A stretch of DNA of 58,966 nt, the filler included, from Sphacelaria rigidula (Eukaryota), in the NCBI GenBank assembly GCA_964200075.2. It is 9 parts of 9 records of this genome, joined end to end, with 100 filler letters (N's around TTAATTAATTAA, not from the genome) between each part and the next. Parts side by side here need not be neighbours in the genome. Positions count along the whole stretch, not along the records: positions 45,942 to 52,404 come from CAXNAA020019927.1; positions 52,505 to 58,966 come from CAXNAA020019928.1; 7 more parts are not named here. The stretch is one strand, 5' to 3'. The notes under the pieces were generated by a model that was not told the origin of the DNA, made no database searches, and saw only the letters and a program-made list of their open reading frames with translations. Positions 48,770 to 58,966 of this stretch are shown here, one piece after another. Both the position numbers and the translations under genes were made by a program. Position 1 is the stretch's first letter. Every line of letters starts with the position of its first letter.

Positions 48770-49055
48770 TGAGTTGCACAGCATAACTCAGATTTCGGTG
48801 ACTCAGCCATGGGTTACGCAACGTAACTCAGCTGGGCATCTTCCGATCTGGTGAGCTATACGCCATACCTCATTGGTGCATATTCTGGCTGGGTGAGTTA
48901 TAGGACGTAACTCAGCGGTACACATTCTGGCCGGGTGAGTTTTAGAACATAATTCAGCGGTGCATATTCTGGCCGTGTGAGTTATACAGCATAACTCAAC
49001 GGTGCCTATTTTAGACCCGCGAGTGATGCAGCACAACTGATATAACTCATGAGTT
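48770..49055. repeat. ~42-bp palindromic-unit tandem repeat, block 2
   Basis: Same unit and orientation as 47400-47600. Confidence 0.85.
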
Positions 49056-49095
49056 CCGCGAGGTTTCGAACATACCACGTGAAACAAATGCTCCA

Positions 49096-50269
49096 CACGC
49101 TGGACAATGGACACAATATAAGTCCATTACTTCAGCAATAGACTCGGGGGGAAATCTATCGATATACATAATCGAACAAGATAGATGGTGAAACACATCT
49201 ATTGATATGTATTGCAAGGGACAATAGATGTTGCAATAGTTGATCGATAGCCTATGGCAGTTACACTAGATGAATATCACTCACCATCGATGGACATCGT
49301 GTACCGCAATAGATTATGGGATGCATATATCGATAGCTATTGCTGTAATCAATAGGTTTGGTGAGCCATCCATTGCTAGTCATTACCGTTATCGATAGAT
49401 TTGGTGAGCCATCCATCCATAGTCATCACCGCCGTCAATACATGAGGTGAGCCATCTATCAATACCTATTACCGTCATCAAAAGATTTGGTGAGCCGTCT
49501 ATCGGTAGCCTTTGCCGCCAACAACGCATTTTTTTTTTATATCTATCAATATGGGCATTGCCGTTAACAGTCGATTATTCTCGGGAGCACCAATCAATAG
49601 CCAGTGACACGAACGATAGGTTTTGATAAACATATTGCTCGCTGTAGTGGCCTTATGACATCAACGGCAATATCCCTTACACATGGACACGCAACGACCT
49701 GAGGCGATAGCTGGCCATAGCTTCTGCGGAATAAGGTGGATTTTTTTTTTTCCTCACACTTCGAACCCCTCCCCTTCCTCGGGATGAGGGCGTGGTCTCA
49801 AGGGATCAACTTATCTATCCCCCGGTAAATATACATAGAAATATGTGCATACATAGCGCTAGTGATCGACTCTATTCAGCTACTTTTGTGGTCAGCAGTA
49901 GATATTCGTGGCCGTGGTTCAGATTGCATTGTGACCAGCTGCAGACATTGGTGGCCGCGACTCAGATTCTTTTGTGACCCTCAATAGATATTGGTGGGCG
50001 CAATGAAGATCCTATTGTGACCAACAATATGGATTGGCGGCCGCAATTCAGAGCCTATTGTAACACATAAAATGTATCAATAGACAAATTGGCCCCTCCA
50101 TTGTCACGGCAATGATACATTCTCTCCCTTGTCCCGAATCTATTGTCGCCTACAAAAGCTATCGATAGAGATTGATGCCAGTCGACCATGACTGACAACA
50201 ACACTGGCAGTCAAACTTTCGGGGCTATTGCAGCGCCAATCATCTCTTACATAGTCCATTGTCCAGGGT
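49096..50269. mobile_element. TIR family C non-autonomous DNA transposon (~1.2 kb)
   Basis: CACGCTGGACAATGGAC ... GTCCATTGTCCAGGGTA; internal CTATCGATAG/CAATAG sub-repeats. Confidence 0.8.
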
Positions 50270-50510
50270 ATAAGCACGTCTCACCCACACACAAAAAAGT
50301 ACCGTAAGCGCTCATGTCCACTAGGGACAACCATAAGTACCAACACTACACCAGCAACAAAAGTTGTAAACTTTTGTCCACACATATTGCGGATGCCTAC
50401 GAACACAAGCGTTCCAAAATTGTAGAAACTTAATGTCATATATTCAAAAGTAGTAGCATTATACACCCACTGCATGTCAACCTGCGGCGTCTCTACCGTA
50501 CCTTAACGGA

Positions 50511-50868
50511 GTGTTGTCGTCCCATCTATTCCGGGCGCCGGCCAACACCTTTCGGTATATATATGTGGGCGCACTAGCCGGGGTCACACAGGAGAAAGGT
50601 CAACACAGGAGCCTTGTCTTTTTTTCTTTTTTTTAGTACCCCACCTTCCTTCTGCGGTACTTGCCTTTACTTTTTATCGCGAGAAAGGTTGAGCAGTCCC
50701 TTTCCCTCGTCGACCGTTGAGTCGAATTTTTTGTGTACCCACGACATAGTCGCTCTCCACTGTTTGGCATGGTGTGAGAAAATATCCAAGATCGCTCCGA
50801 GAATCGAACCCACGACCCGACCGTCAAAAGGTTACGAGGTTACCAACTGAGCCACCGGGGCGACCGGC
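50511..50868 (-). mobile_element. Full-length tRNA-derived SINE (~360 bp)
   Basis: Minus-strand head GCCGGTCGCCCCGGTGGCTCAGTTGG (A box) ... GGGTTCGATTCTC (B box); body shared with two other copies. Confidence 0.88.
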
Positions 50869-50889
50869 GTATAGTATGCTCTATACGTA

Positions 50890-51364
50890 GTATGTTGCGA
50901 TGTAGATGCGGCAATAGATGACAGAGAATATCTATCGGTAGGCATTGTATACCCCAACAGACTCTGGTATATAACTATCGATATTCATTGCCGCGATGCA
51001 TAGATTTATACGCAATCTCTCAATAGCTATTGTCGCCATAAGTAGATTTGGTATACAATCTGTCCATAGTCATCGCCGTTATCAATAGATTTGGCAGGCG
51101 GTCTATCGATAGTCATCGCCGTCATCAATAGATTTAGAAAGCTATCGACCGATGCATTTGGTCGGCCTCAATAGATTTTGGTGTGGGGCCACAGCAGACT
51201 GCTGCCTAGACAAGAGTGTGGGAAACTGGTATATCGATAGATATTGCCAACGACAATAGAAATACAGACTTGCCGATCGATGGCTATTACGGACGACAAT
51301 ATTGCCATCTACTGCAGCAGATTCTATTGCTATCGCAATAGATGCCGTCTATTGTCCAAGGTGT
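50890..51364. mobile_element. TIR family C fragment
   Basis: Same internal CTATCGATAG/CAATAGATTT repeats; ends CTATTGTCCAAGGTGT. Confidence 0.7.
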
Positions 51365-51872
51365 TCCAAGTTCTTGACTGTTTAGCGCGACAAATTTAAA
51401 GTATCGTCGTCATTCATGGCGATTTCATCACCGGTGTCGTCGATGAATGACATCCGCGTACATACAATATGCTATATACGGCAGGTGACCGTCCAGGTTC
51501 AAAACACTCCGTTTCTCACCTGGCCTTTCCCTTTCAGCCGAATAACCAACACGGGCGGTACCCCCGCGTGCCCCCCGCTGCCCCCCGTTTCCACTGCCTC
51601 CACCTCATCCAGAGAATGGCGGTGCGTTCTCCCCTCTCCTCGACATGTCTCCGTTTCTTCCAAAACCGATAAATCAGCGGTTAGACGTACGTGAACGATG
51701 CGCCTGGCAAGTAGGGCTAGTCTTACCAACGTTGCGCCTTCGCGGAGTAGCGGTATCTGTTGCTCTACGAAAAGATTCTGTTTTGGTCCACAGTATTGCG
51801 CAACAATTCGCACGAGGGGTGAACAGGCATCAAGGGAGAGGAGAGAGAGAGAAGGGCGAGAGGCGCGCGCGC

Positions 51873-52385
51873 GGGGGGTGTACTCATGACCTTGCATGCC
51901 GCAATCATTTGACCATTGATATCTCATCCCTACAAAGCCGGGGCGGGGCACGCCGGGTGTCCGCCGGACCAGGCTCGCGATCACCAAGCGTGGAGCCCCG
52001 TGATGTATTCGACGAGTCGCGCGTAGGGTGAGCTGCATCCTGCTTATGTTGTTCGGCCCGAAGCGTTCTGATTATCTTGCATTTGGATGACAGCCTCAAA
52101 TGAGCTGCTTCCTTTCCTGGTACCGACACACTTCCGGAGACAGCCACGAGTTACACTGCCTCACGGGTGTCTCACCATATTCACACTACGTGGTAAGATC
52201 ATCCCCTTCGCGCGGACTTCGGGTTTTCCAATCCGCACAGTATGATCTAGCTCGACGATCATGGTTGCCGAAAAAAACACCCGAGCGGAAAAAAAAAAGG
52301 TAGCTCGGTTGCCTAGCTTACGCAGTGAGTGGCATGTTCGTGTTTCACAGCGTCGTTGCCAACCGATGACAACCCTAAACGGGGG
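51873..52385. mobile_element. TIR element family A, longer copy cut by the contig end
   Basis: Aligns over ~500 bp with 58432-58940. Confidence 0.88.
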
Positions 52386-53599
52386 CAGGCGGGTGGACGG
52401 GGGGNNNNNNNNNNNNNNNNNNNNNNNNNNNNNNNNNNNNNNNNNNNNTTAATTAATTAANNNNNNNNNNNNNNNNNNNNNNNNNNNNNNNNNNNNNNNN
52501 NNNNCCCCCCCTCTTTTTCTTCCCCTTCTTGTTTTAGATCGGACATTTCTTTGTGTGCTTTCCTCTTGTTGACTTTTTTTTTTTTTTCACGTCGTAGTCT
52601 ACTATGTTGTTCCGTTTTTCTGTTCCTTCTTTTTCTTCAGCGATGTTTCACTTTTGTTTTTCTTGGGTGTGTCTATCATTTAACCGCACCTGGATCCCTG
52701 GAGGGTCAGTCAAGGTGCGACAATAAATCCATCAATCAATCAAATCAATCAAACGGTGGTCTGGCCAGGCTTCCGCGTAGTGGGCGCACGAAACCATTAG
52801 CGGGGTAAGTGGTGGGTGCGGTTTCCTCCTTCCATCAAAAGGAAAGAAAAACAAAGCACACCCAAGAACTAAATGCGAACGCCATTTGCATACCACAAAA
52901 ATAACCCCAAGGAGTCGCGCTATGGTAGGGGTGCACAAACACTTCCTGGGCCGGCGTAGTGGAGTTAGATATATATCTCCCGCGCACTCGCACTACTGTA
53001 GCCATTACAGGACGAAAATTACGTCTGAACGCAAGGCAATCCCCTCTCGGGCAAAACACCACAAAATGTGACGAGTGTGATTGTTTTGTTTCACAACGTG
53101 AACATACCTCAAGGGCATGATTTGACCAAAACATTGCATTCCTATCGTATCACGACTCCAAGCGTTAAGTTCTCGGTGCTGCATCATGTCATCCACGGGT
53201 CGGTCAGGTCATCCACATGAATGAGATTTAAACCCTATTTTTTTAACGGTTGGTTTCCTGTGGGCCTGCGGCCTGTGTTAGGGAAGAAGCGGTGTGTCAT
53301 TATCCATACTGGCACGACCAAGAAGAGCCCTCAGGGCACCGGAAGGCGCGGTGCCGAAGCACTGCGGGTCGTCTGATGTCGAGCAACACCACTACCAAGC
53401 GGCCGTCGAAACACACACACACACCTTGCCGTATATCGTTGATTGATTGATTGATTATCTCACATTAGTTTATTGCAACAATCCAGCCCGTGGTTAGGAG
53501 CAGGAAAAAAAAACAGAATCAGAAAAAGAAAAAAAAAGTAAACAAAAGAAGAAAGAAGCAACAGCTACAGAAAGGAAAGAAAAGCAGCGACAAAAACAA

Positions 53600-53600
<1 letters not shown>

Positions 53601-53647
<47 letters not shown>
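53601..53647. repeat. (CAA)n microsatellite
   Basis: Direct read. Others: (CAA)n 58066-58113, (ATGACGA)n ~55619-55714, (CT)n ~15210-15257, (GAT)n ~37014-37035 and ~39481-39500, (CTGTCT)n(CA)n ~42805-42874. Confidence 0.95.
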
Positions 53648-55405
53648 ATGTGCACTCACCAACCGCAACATCAAGTACCACGTCTACTACTTCTGCTTCT
53701 ACGTTTACAACGTCAACAACGTTAACAACGTCAACAACCTCCTGATCTTCTCTACTAGAGAGTCCCAAAAAAAATCGAATTTCATTTTAGAGTCATGGTG
53801 GAAGAAGATCGGAGTGGGCGCTGAAAAGTTCGCAACGGAAGCTGATGTGACGTGGATTATGTTTGTCGCGGTGATTGGCCGCAGGTTGTGCCGCCAAATG
53901 TGCGATCGACCGGCGTCCGGTTTGAAAAGGCAAAGGTGAGCACAGTACTGTACAGCAGTAACGCGTCTGTGTTGTACCGTACCCTGCGGCACCGTATCAT
54001 ACCATACACTACGCTCAACTACACTTGCACTACTTCACTGCACTCCTGTGCACAACAGGGAACTGTTATTGCTGTGCAGTATACAGTACACACAGTGCAG
54101 CACAGAGCAACGCAAAACCCCACAGTATTTTGCCGTACGGTAAAGTACAGCGATCCGTACAGAACAGTACGGCAGCACTTCTAAACGCCAGACAAACTGC
54201 GTGGCAATCGTTTTGCAACATGCCGCCCATAATGGTGGTGCAAGAAACCATGACCTCAAACGGCATGGCAATGCAGCCAGGTGCAGCACTGCTTGTGCGC
54301 TGTAGACCACGAATCGCTCACACCGTCTTCTTTCAACTGAGGTTGGCAATAGCGAGGACCTGTACCCAAGGAAACGTCTTGGGCGCGTCGAGATTATAAA
54401 TTTCACGCAACACAACCAAGCGAATGCTGATACCATGGCGGCGGCAGGAAAGCCCTTTGATTGCGATGTCAAGCGTTGCTGCTTCGTGAATGGCCCATTG
54501 TCATGATCATGGCAAATGTGATAGATGTCCCACTTTGCTTGTCAGGGTATATTGTTTGTGAATTGGCTCTGACAATGGTGGTGGGGGTGGGGACGGTTCC
54601 TCCTCGTTCCGACGTGAAGTTTGACGAGGCACATCGGTGTCAGAATAGGGTGCTCCACACAGGACTCTCGACACCGAAAAGTTTACTGATTTTTCCACAG
54701 TGGAACGTATGACGCTACCGGCTCTTTCCTTCCACCGTGACTCTAAAATGAAAAAAGCATTTTCCGAAACTCTCTATTTTCCTACATTCTTCTAATTTCG
54801 TCATCATCACCACCACCATCATCGTGTGTAGACGTGTGTATACATTTTGTCTTCTGCTTTCTTCGTGTCTGTCTATGACTCCCAGTCTGTCTCTGTCGGC
54901 CTGTCTGCCCGCCTGTCTGTCTGGTACTGCGTTAATCATATGCTATTTTACTTTGTTTTCAGATTCTCACAAGAAGCCGCTCAGTAGGCGCTTCTTATCT
55001 CGTGTGAGGATTGGTAGTGTGACGGTACTGGATAGGCGAGCGTACGCCTGCGACCACGGGTTTGAGAGATTAGGCTAATGTACGGAAATATAGAATAATT
55101 AAGAGACGCTTCGTGCCTTTCGACAGCATGCTTTCGATCGAAAAGTATTTTTCTTGTCTCAAACACTTCTTATCCGGGCGCGCCACTAATTCTAATTTGG
55201 AGTTGAAGCTTTCGGGGAACAGAAATGCGGTGGACCAATCAGATCGGCAACAAATTTCGACCGCCCTTTATAAAAAAAAAAAAAGGTGTCAAGGCACGCC
55301 CTAAGAAACAAATAGAATAGAACGAATCAAATAAGAATAGAATAGCAATAGAAAAAACCATATTCTTCGTGTTTCTTGATTTTTTCCGTGTTCGCATCGT
55401 CTCAC

Positions 55406-55525
55406 CATGTACGTCTCCGTATCGAAGATGGTAGGCTGCTGAACCTCTCGATTGGGAAAGACTCCCCAGGACAAGGCCGTCGTACCTTTCATTCCTCGAG
55501 ACCTCGTGCGACCTTTCACATCCAC
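55406..55525 (-). CDS. MTHFR: Methylenetetrahydrofolate reductase, regulatory-domain exon
   Basis: CAG|VDVKGRTRSRGMKGTTALSWGVFPNREVQQPTIFDTETYM|GTGAGA, cf. AVTWGVFPGREIxQPT; phase 0-0. Confidence 0.95.
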
Positions 55526-56314
55526 CTGCTCATACCACGCCACGCCACGCCACAAAACAATTACAAATGATCGGTGAAAGACTACATAAATGTGACATGA
55601 AGAATGGAAGATGAAAAAATGACGAATGACAAATGACGAATGACAAATGGCAAATGACGAATGACGAATGACGAATGACGAATGACGAATGACGAATGAC
55701 AAATGACAAATGACAGAAAAAAAACATGGACAAAAGCACATTAAAAAGAACGCACGCACGCACGCACGCACGCATGCATGCATGCAAAAAAGAAAGAGTC
55801 AAATTTGACACATGAGAAACAACAAAAAATACACAAAAATACATGAATACTTACAGCAGCCCGGCGGTCATGTGTGCAATCAATTCATGCGACTGTAAAC
55901 CGGTCAACCCGAGTCCATTTATCAAAGGTGGAGAAATTTTGGAAAAAAAAAAACGCTTGACGTGAGTTGATGATTCCGCCGGAACAGGTTAGGCTTCCTA
56001 ACCCTAAAAATAGAGAAGAAGGGGGAGGAGGGCCAGATGAGCATGCCACTCGCAAATCATATTTTTTCTTCTAGTCGTTGAGCCGAAGCTTCGATTGATT
56101 CGCAACACGGAACGCCGACGCGTGCAAGAATCCGTCCTCGAGCTAATCGGGCTACACGTTTGTTTTGCTCGAAACTTGCTGTTACACTCAAGACACACAC
56201 CATACATCTCGTGCGTTTTTAATACGCTCACTTCGCGTGTGCTCTCGTATTTTACTCTTGCACATTGCCTCCTTCTCGAGTTTCCCCTCGTGAGTGTACT
56301 TGTGTTGTTTCCAC

Positions 56315-56515
56315 GGTTTGGACGAATCATAGCTTCGAATCACCAAATATACGATTTTTCGGGCCTGATTGCTCGAAAGAGAGAAGAAAAATTGACCGCT
56401 GGTCGAAAAGGTCTCCGTGCAATTTTTGCGCCATTACACGTGCCTGGGCTGCGCCTACCTGGCATACAATGAGGAAAACAAAGTCTAAGGACTCATTCGT
56501 ACGGTACGAATCAAT
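56315..56515. repeat. Dispersed repeat family D
   Basis: Inverted match to ~35920-36120. Confidence 0.8.
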
Positions 56516-56691
56516 TACACTTGTAATCAAGGAATTTCCCGACGAATCATTCATTCGTCCGACCCTTGGTTGTTTTCCTTGGGTACGGTACGTCTATTTT
56601 GTGGATAATTACCACGGCTGGATCCCTCCAAGGATCAGTTCATGTGAATGTGCGACAGCCAATCAAATACGTCAAATTTGATAGAACTTCA

Positions 56692-56889
56692 CATCCTCGA
56701 CACTAGATTCCATTGGCGAAAAAGACATGTACTGCGTACAGTATCGATTATTGCGTGCTTTGTCATGAGACAATAGATACCATACTGTACGCAGTACAGT
56801 ATTGCCTATCGCGTCTACTGCCGTAGACAAGATATTCCATACCGTACGCAGTAAATTTTTTTGACAACGGAATCTTTTGTCCAGGGGCA
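56692..56889. mobile_element. Short TIR family C-related MITE in an MTHFR intron
   Basis: CATCCTCGACACTAGATTCCATTGGCGAAAAA..TACTGCGTAC is inverted relative to GTACGCAGTA..TTTTTGACAACGGAATCTTTTGTCCAGGGG. Confidence 0.7.
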
Positions 56890-56946
56890 TGTAAAATTTG
56901 CGGTGTAACTGACGTCGCCGTGAATCATTGAGCAAAGCAAGCTCAC

Positions 56947-57108
56947 CGCATAGTAGTTCAGCTGGGGCAGCGAGGAGCACGCCTCCAGAACCTTGTCCAA
57001 CAATGCCTCCGAGGCGAAGAACTCCACGTAGGCCTTCTGGTACACCCTTCCGCCGCCCCCACCCCACCCGAACACGGGGTGGTCGCTCGGAGCGCCATTT
57101 ACCGATGG
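56947..57108 (-). CDS. MTHFR: Methylenetetrahydrofolate reductase exon
   Basis: CAG|PSVNGAPSDHPVFGWGGGGGRVYQKAYVEFFASE..NYYA|GTGAGC, the hallmark eukaryotic MTHFR C-terminal motif. Confidence 0.97.
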
Positions 57109-58066
57109 CTGGCGGAAGAACAAATGGAACAAGACGTGATTAGCGAGATACCAAAGCACCACGAGTAGATACGCACAGCGAAATGCAGACGCATGAGAAA
57201 GAAACAAACAGGAACAGAATATGCAGAGACAGCAAGAGGTACACAGAGGCACACAGAGGCACACGGAGAGAGGTGGAGGAAGGGGGACAAGACTGATCCA
57301 GATAGATAGCAAGCAGCGAGAGCTACACATGAAAAGGGCAGAAGAGCAGACGGGAAAAAGCTATACATAAAAGGCACATGGGAAAGTGGAGCGCACAGAC
57401 TTCCCGATCAAACAGTGGAGTTTGAACCTCAACATCCCGCTGCCAAATCTCACGGCTTGAGACAGACACGTGGCTTCACTGTAGACGTAGCACCACATTT
57501 TGGATCTTTGGGGGGCTGACAGTCCCAAGAGCTCACCAGCGTGCGTACCAAGCGTTCCGCCCAATCAAGGCATATTTGCGCCGACTGAGCTCTGCCAAGG
57601 CACACTTTGCCTTCAATACCCTCTCTGCCGGTACACCTCTTGCCCCAGGGTTTTCAATATGCCATGAGTTGGGGTGAGGGTTAGGGATGAAGCTATGGCT
57701 AGGGTTAAGGCTGGGGTTAGGCTTGCGCTTGAGGCTACGTACGGTCCAACGACAAAACATGCGTCATTCATAGATTTTGGCCCCGTGTTGAACAGAAAAC
57801 GTACTTCACATCAAAAACGGTGGTGAGTGCCAACATGTTGCGGGATTCTCAACCATAGACGACGACCTCGTACGTGAAATCATCGCCGAGGGCTACTGCA
57901 GGGTATTACTATTTTCGTGCGATAGCGCACGAGAAAAGGAGGTTTTACGACATGCGTCGTGCAAAATTCATTTCCCCCAGACCTCTTCAGGCTACCAGCG
58001 GTCTATGTGTGTGCAGCGCAGGACAGTCAGAGCTTCCAAAAGAGGAACCCACCCGCTCCTCTGCCC

Positions 58067-58113
<47 letters not shown>

Positions 58114-58122
58114 CCCACACAC

Positions 58123-58218
58123 CTGGCTATTGATGGTGAGGAAGCCCCGTCTATTGATCGCCGCTAGCTCGTCCCTCAATTTGCTCGATTCTTGCGCCAG
58201 GCTGACCTCACACCACGG
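58123..58218 (-). CDS. MTHFR: Methylenetetrahydrofolate reductase exon
   Basis: TTGCAG|PWCEVSLAQESSKLRDELAAINRRGFLTINSQ|GTGTGT; splices to give LTINSQPSVNG. Confidence 0.95.
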
Positions 58219-58431
58219 CTGCAATAAACCATTCGAGAAAGAACAAACAGAACAGTAGAGACGTTTAAAGCACCAAAGAGAGAGTTCCGGGTCGTTCAAG
58301 TTAGGGATAGGGGGAAGGGTCAGCAAGCGACCCGTCGACGATCGAAATCGAAAGTGGGCGAAAATCGAATGATGCGGTATAATACGATTGAAGGGAAGAA
58401 AAGAAGGGGGAGAGGGAGGGGGAGGGGCGGA

Positions 58432-58966
58432 GGGGGGGGTGTACTCGTGATCATGCATGCCACAATCATCAGACCATTGATCTCGCATCCCTACAAAGCC
58501 GGGACGGGACACGCCGGCATTTCGCCGGACCAGGCTGGCATTCACTCACCGCGCGAAGCGCCGTGGTGTGTTCGGCGAGTCGCATGAACGATGAGCTGCA
58601 TCCTACTAGGATTGTTCGGCCCGAAGCCTACTGATTATCTTGCATTTGGATGACAGCCTACAATGAGTTGCTTTATTTTCTGGTAGCGTCACTTCCAGAG
58701 GCAGCCACGGCTTATACACTGCCTCATGGCATCATTTAAACACTACGTACAATAGTGCGAGTATTCCCGTTGTGCGGAGTTGAGGTTCTCCCACGCCGCA
58801 CAACATGTATTAGCTCGACGACCATCATGGTAATCGCAAAAAAACGCACGTGCGCAAAAAAATCGGTAACCTGGTTGCCTAGCTTACGCAGTGAATGGCG
58901 TGTTTTATAGCGTCATCGCCAACCGACGCCAACCCCATCGGGGATCCGCCCCTACAGAGCCGGGAC
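58432..58966. mobile_element. TIR element family A, longer copy cut by the window end
   Basis: GGGGGGTGTACTCGTGATCATGCATGCC...; aligns with 51873-52385 and, inverted, with ~22845-23115. Confidence 0.88.

Noticed and set aside
50790..50868. tRNA gene on the minus strand
   Set aside because: It has A/B boxes but no clean cloverleaf and is attached to a repeated SINE body.
53490..53939. Poly-Asn/Val/Gln ORFs (also 57874-58258)
   Set aside because: They are translations of (CAA)n microsatellites and A-rich tracts in non-coding DNA.
52505..55405. Final MTHFR exon (VWKDEAF...)
   Set aside because: Only chance WKE-like matches without an acceptor; the exon probably lies beyond the contig end.
57668..57730. 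Telomeric TTAGGG repeats
   Set aside because: Only a few degenerate GGGTTAGG units within an intron; not an array.
34474..58218. BK channel, Clu-like gene and MTHFR as a functional cluster
   Set aside because: They lie on different concatenated contigs; the adjacency is artificial.

Overview
Eukaryotic, intron-rich, transposon-dense DNA, most likely from a brown alga (Phaeophyceae). That assignment is inferred from the short exons and long introns, a heterokont-type plastid-targeting N-terminus and the style of the TE proteins. The window is not one locus. It is nine separate contigs (eight of 6463 bp, the last 6462 bp) joined by identical 100-bp spacers (44 N + TTAATTAATTAA + 44 N), so no gene neighbourhood can be read across the joins. 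Spliced host genes: a 5-exon WW-domain gene with a 21-nt microexon, head-to-head with the first exon of a probable plastid-targeted gene; the last two exons of an unknown Gly-rich-tailed protein; five RCK1-region exons of a Slo/BK-type Ca2+-activated K+ channel, including a GC-AG intron; four exons of a Clu-domain-like gene; three C-terminal exons of MTHFR. Mobile DNA: three decayed Ty3/Gypsy elements (one with near-identical LTRs but no RT), a Penelope-like RT relic, two LINE fragments, a hAT-like relic, a tRNA-derived SINE family, several MITE families and tandem repeats. I found no convincing new multi-gene system. The best leads are at the level of TE and splicing architecture. Repeat boundaries are approximate unless a TSD or TIR is quoted.
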